Assembly (NCBI GenBank): GCA_951406725.2
Contig: OX597836.1
Coordinates: 13,516,001 to 13,580,000 of the forward strand
DNA length: 64,000 nucleotides
Direction: 5' to 3'
Origin: Octopus vulgaris
Taxonomy: Eukaryota
A program made the translations under genes and the position numbers. The notes beneath the pieces are model-generated. The model searched no databases, was not told the origin of the DNA, and saw only the letters and a list, made by a program, of their open reading frames with translations. Shown piece by piece: positions 58,061 through 64,000 of the stretch. Each line of letters starts with the position of its first letter. The stretch's first letter is position 1.

Positions 58061-58190
58061 TGTGAATGTATAAACACAATATCTGTGCCGTATCAAATCA
58101 TACTACACCTATATGTGTGTGTGTTTTGTGTGTGTGTGTGTGTGTTTTTTTTTTTTGTATGTAAGTTTGTATATGAATGTATATATATAT

Positions 58191-58257
<67 letters not shown>

Positions 58258-58309
58258 TGCACACACACATATATAAATGTATACATATGCATGTATATAT
58301 AGGTATGAG

Positions 58310-58363
<54 letters not shown>

Positions 58364-58415
58364 TGCACACACACATATATAAATGTATACATATGCATGT
58401 ATATATAGGTATGAG

Positions 58416-58465
<50 letters not shown>

Positions 58466-58559
58466 TGTATATATGTGTGTGTGTGTATATATATATATAT
58501 ATTGATAGATAGATAGATAGATAGTTAGATAGGTAGATAGATAGGTAGATAGATTGATG

Positions 58560-58619
<60 letters not shown>

Positions 58620-58742
58620 TATAGATTAGAATATATTCGCTTCCAGACGAATTCTCAGACATAGGCATATATACACACTCACATCCGCTCTGACTCGTTC
58701 CCTCTTGGTCTGTCTGTCTGTCGGTCTGTCCCCCCCTCTCTG

Positions 58743-58786
<44 letters not shown>

Positions 58787-58981
58787 CGAAAAAATCTCCA
58801 AATTTGCAACATGATACACCTGGTGTAGTCTCTGGTGATCTTTCATGGCGACTTTGCATGCCCCACACATATACGTACATACATATGTGTTTGTGTGTGT
58901 ATGGGGGGGGGCTGGTTTGTGTGTGAGTATGTGTATGTGTGTATGTACTTATGTATGTATCTATGTATCTATGAATGTATG

Positions 58982-59042
<61 letters not shown>

Positions 59043-59344
59043 ATTTATATTTATAAAACATTGCTAACACAGCATCGCAAAGCCTAGGAAATACTTACGC
59101 TTAGATCAGTTAACCAAATTATACAACCCCTATTGGAAGCACTGTTCCCAATATTTAGGACAGTGTTATTCACTATACACACACACACTCACACCTACAC
59201 ATATACGCAGTGGTATCAAAAAGTTTCCGGACTAGATGTGTAGCGCGCCAACAGATGACGGCACACGGTTGCATGCGCAGTGAGAGCTAGCAGTGACCTT
59301 CATGAGGCAGTGTGCCGATGGACATTGCTGTGTTTACTTCATAA

Positions 59345-59730
59345 GTGGAGGCGCAATGGCCCAGTGGTTAGGGCAGCGGACTCGCGGTCATAGGATCGCG
59401 GTTTCGATTCACAGACCGGGCGTTGTGAGTGTTTATTGAGCGAAAACACCTAAAGCTCCACGAGGCTCCGGCAGGGGATGGTGGTGATCCCTGCTGTACT
59501 CTTTCACCACAACTTTCTCTCACTCTTACTTCCTGTTTCTGTTGTACCTGTATTTCAAAGGGCCGGCCTTGTCACTCTCTGTGTCACGCTGAATATCCCC
59601 GAGAACTACGTTAAGGGTACACGTGTCTGTGGAGTGCTCAGCCACTTACACGTTAATTTCACGAGCAGGCTGTTCCGTTGATTCGGATCAACCGGAACCC
59701 TCGTCGTCGTAACCGACGGAGTGCTTCCAA
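59345..59730 (+). mobile_element. SINE D, full length, next to a mariner-like TIR fragment (59205-59344)
   Basis: Near-identical to the 14717 copy. Upstream sequence ATCAAAAAGTTTCCGGACT is TIR-like. Confidence 0.9.
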
Positions 59731-60126
59731 CCATTAAAATTATTTCATAAATTGTGAAATATGTGTTTTTGAGATCACATGTATGCTGTAGTGTGCATCC
59801 ACCCTTAGGGGTTAGCCATATTCAAATGGCAAATACGCGTCACGATATTTTGTTATATTTGTCTATATATCCAACTGTAAACATTTTAAATATTTCACTA
59901 ACTGTTTGTGATAACTTGGTAAAAGAGTACATATTTTGCCGGCTTCTTCTCTAGTCTGCCGGGGCCGACTTTACCTTTCATCCCTTTGGGACCAATAAAA
60001 TAAGTACCACTGGGGTGAGAGAAGACGATGTAATCGACCTAACCCCTATCCTGAAATTTCTGGTTCTGTGCCAAAATTTGAAACCATTACTATTACCAAC
60101 GCAGCGAACTAACAGAATCGTTTGCA

Positions 60127-61221
60127 GGCGGCGAGCTGGCAGAAACGTTAGCACGCCGGGCGAAATGCTTTGTGGTATTTCGTCCGCAGCTGCGTTCTGA
60201 GTTCAAATTCCGCCGAGGTCGACTTTGCCTTTCATCCTTTCGGGGTCGATAGATTAAGTACCAGTTACGCACTGGGGTCGATGTAATCACTTAATCCCTT
60301 TGTCTGTCCTTGTTTGTCCCCTCTATGTTTAGCCACTTGTGGGCAATAAAGAAATAATAATAATAATTACTATTATTATTATTATGGCAATGAGCTGACA
60401 GAATCATTTGCATACCAGGCGAGCTGGCAGAAACGTTAGCACGCCGGGCGAAATGCTTAGTGGTATTTCGTCCGCCGCTGCGTTCTGAGTTCAAATTCCG
60501 CCGAGGTCGACTTTGCCTTTCATCCTTTCGGGGTCGATAGATTAAGTACCAGTTACGCACTGGGGTCGATGTAATCACTTAATCCCTTTGTCTGTCCTTG
60601 TTTGTCCCCTCTATGTTTAGCCACTTGTGGGCAATAAAGAAATAATAATAATAATTACTATTATTATTATTATGGCAATGAGCTGACAGAATCATTTGCA
60701 TACCAGGCGAGCTGGCAGAAACGTTAGCACGCCGGGCGAAATGCTTAGTGGTATTTCGTCCGCCGCTGCGTTCTGAGTTCAAATTCCGCCGAGGTCGACT
60801 TTGCCTTTCATCCTTTCGGGGTCGATAGATTAAGTACCAGTTACGCACTGGGGTCGATGTAATCACTTAATCCCTTTGTCTGTCCTTGTTTGTCCCCTCT
60901 ATGTTTAGCCACTTGTGGGCAATAAAGAAATAATAATAATAATTACTATTATTATTATTATGGCAATGAGCTGACAGAATCATTTGCATACCAGGCGAGC
61001 TGGCAGAAACGTTAGCACGCCGGGCGAAATGCTTAGTGGTATTTCGTCCGCCGCTGCGTTCTGAGTTCAAATTCCGCCGAGGTCGACTTTGCCTTTCATC
61101 CTTTCGGGGTCGATAGATTAAGTACCAGTTACGCACTGGGGTCGATATAATCGACTTAATCCCTTTGTCTGTCCTTGTTTGTCCCCTCTATGTTTAGCCC
61201 CTTGTGGGTAATAAAGAAATA
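60127..61221 (+). repeat. Tandem array of four SINE A copies (288-bp period) inside an older SINE A
   Basis: Near-identical 288-bp units. AGAATCGTTTGCA duplicated at 60114-60126 and 61222-61234. Confidence 0.93.
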
Positions 61222-61692
61222 AGAATCGTTTGCACGCCTGGCAAAATGCTTAGGGGCATCTCGTAAGTTCTGAGATAAAATTCCACCGGGGTCGCCTTTG
61301 CCTGTCATCGGGGTCCATGAAATAAGTACCAGTTGAGCACTTGTTGGGGCTCGATACAAGTGACTTAACCCTACCCCCGAACTTACTAGCCTCGGGGCCA
61401 AAATTTGAAATCAATATATAACGTACATTTGCTGCCGGCCATATTTGTGCTTGCAAAGATGTTTGCGTTACCTAAATACGGACCAATTCTAAAAAAACGT
61501 CGGTGTCGAATTCTGCGATAGAGGAGAATGGTATTAGAATGGTTTAGCTTATGGGTGGCGGTGATGGTAGGAGTGTGGCTAGCTCAGACTTCTCCTAGGC
61601 TCTGACTTACGAGAAAGATTCAGCAGTTAAAACAGATTGGATGTTTTGCGTTGATTTATATCTCTCTACTACATGTGTGTGTGTGTGTGTTT

Positions 61693-61742
<50 letters not shown>

Positions 61743-61784
61743 TGTGTGTGTATGTGTGTATATATATATATATATATATGTGTG

Positions 61785-61823
<39 letters not shown>

Positions 61824-61967
61824 ACGCATACTTAAGATACACACGTGTGCACGTAAATATACACGCATACACATATATGTATGTGTATATATGTGTGTAT
61901 ATATGTTTAAGTCCCTCTCACTGACACCCTCGATGATTCTCTCTGCCGGTCTGTCTGTCTGTCTATT

Positions 61968-62004
<37 letters not shown>

Positions 62005-62183
62005 GTCGCTATATATATATATATGTATGTGTGTGTGTTTATGTGTGTGCGTGTGTGTGCGTGTGTGCGCGCACATACACACACACACACACAGACATGT
62101 AAACAAGTAAATACATGTATACGCATGTATTTATTTATACGTGTGTGTATATATGAGTGTGTGTGTAAGTGCGTATGTATGGT

Positions 62184-62220
<37 letters not shown>

Positions 62221-62701
62221 ATATATATATATATACATATATGTAAGTATATATATATATATGTATAAGTATGTATGTATATAGACGTATATATGCATAT
62301 ACGTATAATGAGCAAATTGCATTATTGCTTTAGTGCGTATATAAGTGTTTACATATATATTTATATATAGGTGTATTATATACAAATGTATGCACATATA
62401 TGTGTGCAAGTGTGCGCGTGTATATGAACGTGTGTGTGCGTGTATGTGTGTGTGTGTGTGTGTATGTTTCTCCATACACCTATAGCTCCGTATACACATA
62501 TGCAAAATGTACATCACCACACGTTCGTTTCCATGGCCAAATATGTCCAACGATTCTTCCAATACAATATCTTTGCCGTCCTTGACCATATCTGATATTT
62601 TATCGCACATACATCAGCAAGAAATTGCTTGCTATATACACCCTCCAAACACACATACACACGCTCTCAGTCTCTCCCTCTCTCTCTCTCTCTCTCTCAC
62701 A

Positions 62702-62769
<68 letters not shown>

Positions 62770-62820
62770 ATATGTATATATATGTATATATATGTATATA
62801 TGTATATATATATATGTATA

Positions 62821-62900
<80 letters not shown>

Positions 62901-62908
62901 TATATATG

Positions 62909-62979
<71 letters not shown>

Positions 62980-63544
62980 AATGTATGTATGTGTGAATGC
63001 ACACACACTCTCTTCTGTTATCATGGGAGCATGAGCTGATGCAGATGACCAAGAATGGAAGGGATATACATGATAAATATAAATATCCACACGCACACAC
63101 GCACGCACAAACACACACACACACACACACTCACATACATATGAGTATGCGTATATGTCTGTGCGTGTGTGTGCTTATGAGTCTCTGTGTGCTAAAGTAT
63201 CTGTGATCGTACGTGTGTCTCTATGTGTGTGCATGTGTGTCTGTGTGTGTCTCTACCTGTGTCTCTGTGTGTATGCATGTATGTATGTATGTGTGTGTAT
63301 GCATATGTGTAGGTGTGTATGCATATGCATGTGTGCAGGTGTCTATCATTTAAGAGGGTGCAGCATGGCCGAATCGTTATGGAGTTCGCTTCGCAGTGAC
63401 GAGGCCATGAGTTCCAATCTCATGCATAGCATCATGGGGTAAATATCTTTTACCATACCCACTGGTTGACCTAAACGTACTCTACACAAAGTGGAATAGA
63501 GTCGGTAGAAACTATTCGGAATCACGCCGAATGGAACATACCTG

Positions 63545-63920
63545 TAATTTACCAAGGTCCAACCATACGACACTGTGTCACACTGTCCCAACAACCAACC
63601 ATACCCCAGAGCACATTTGTAGCAGATGCAACCCATTGTAGTTCACCTTTCCTATCCCCTAACGCCCGAGTACATTCCAAGCACAATAGTCTCTACCAAC
63701 ACGTGAATTAAAGTCACCAAGCACAACCAACTTTTCATTCAAAAGGACTGACAGAATACTTCTTCTCAGCTCCTCATAAAATGCATGGATATTTTCCTCA
63801 CTAGCTGAAAGTGTAGGAGCATAAATAGAGAAAACAGTTTCAAAACGTCTAAAAGAAAGAGAAATCCGTAGTTTCATTATGCGTGTATTTATGCTTTGTG
63901 GTTGTTTTAAGTCTTTTAGC
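63545..63920 (-). pseudogene. RTE-clade LINE AP-endonuclease remnant
   Basis: RIMKLRISL...SIYAPTL...FYEEL...KLVVLGDFNSRVGRD...G*GIGKVNYNGLHLLQMCS. Confidence 0.85.
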
Positions 63921-63923
63921 AAA

Positions 63924-64000
63924 TCTCTCTCTATATAAACGGCAGTTTGTCTGTGCTTGTTTCTGTGTGTCTGTTTTCTCGTACCCTCACTCTGACCACG
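63924..64000 (+). mobile_element. 5' end of a non-autonomous Helitron (same family as 16579-16949)
   Basis: A|TCTCTCTCTATATAAACGGCAGTTTGTCTGTG matches the other copy. Truncated by the window edge. Confidence 0.82.

Noticed and set aside
58255-58450. Tandem duplication of about 106 bp, plus small duplications at 18657-18720 and 47330-47361
   Set aside because: Ordinary slippage duplications.
60127-61221. Possible CRISPR-like or tandem gene array (repeated 95-aa ORFs)
   Set aside because: The units are near-identical SINE copies with no unique spacers, the ORFs are antisense SINE translations and the context is eukaryotic.
62500-62612. Complex ORF start [32 protein letters not shown]
   Set aside because: No recognisable homology or splice signals, and it runs into microsatellite.

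Overview
This is repeat-saturated, AT-rich eukaryotic DNA that looks intronic or intergenic. The SINE families and the very high microsatellite density point to an octopus or other coleoid cephalopod genome (inference). No host protein-coding gene is supportable, and most ORFs in the track are microsatellite or SINE artefacts. The window holds about 30 tRNA-derived SINE copies from 5-6 families, decayed Penelope-like elements (PLEs; GIY-YIG and RT remnants), mariner/Tc1 remnants, MITEs, two Helitron copies and L1/Tx1, RTE and R4/Dong-like LINE fragments. Highlights: (1) about 11 PLE-type minimal hammerhead-ribozyme (HHR) motifs, two of them inside a near-perfect 487-bp palindrome; (2) a tRNA-headed SINE with an HHR in its 3' part, a candidate PLE-mobilised SINE; (3) a pre-tRNA-Val + SINE chimera inserted as one unit between 10-bp target-site duplications (TSDs); (4) a TSD-flanked tetrameric SINE array; (5) a pre-miRNA-like hairpin. 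Family letters A-F are my own labels, and coordinates of decayed elements are approximate.
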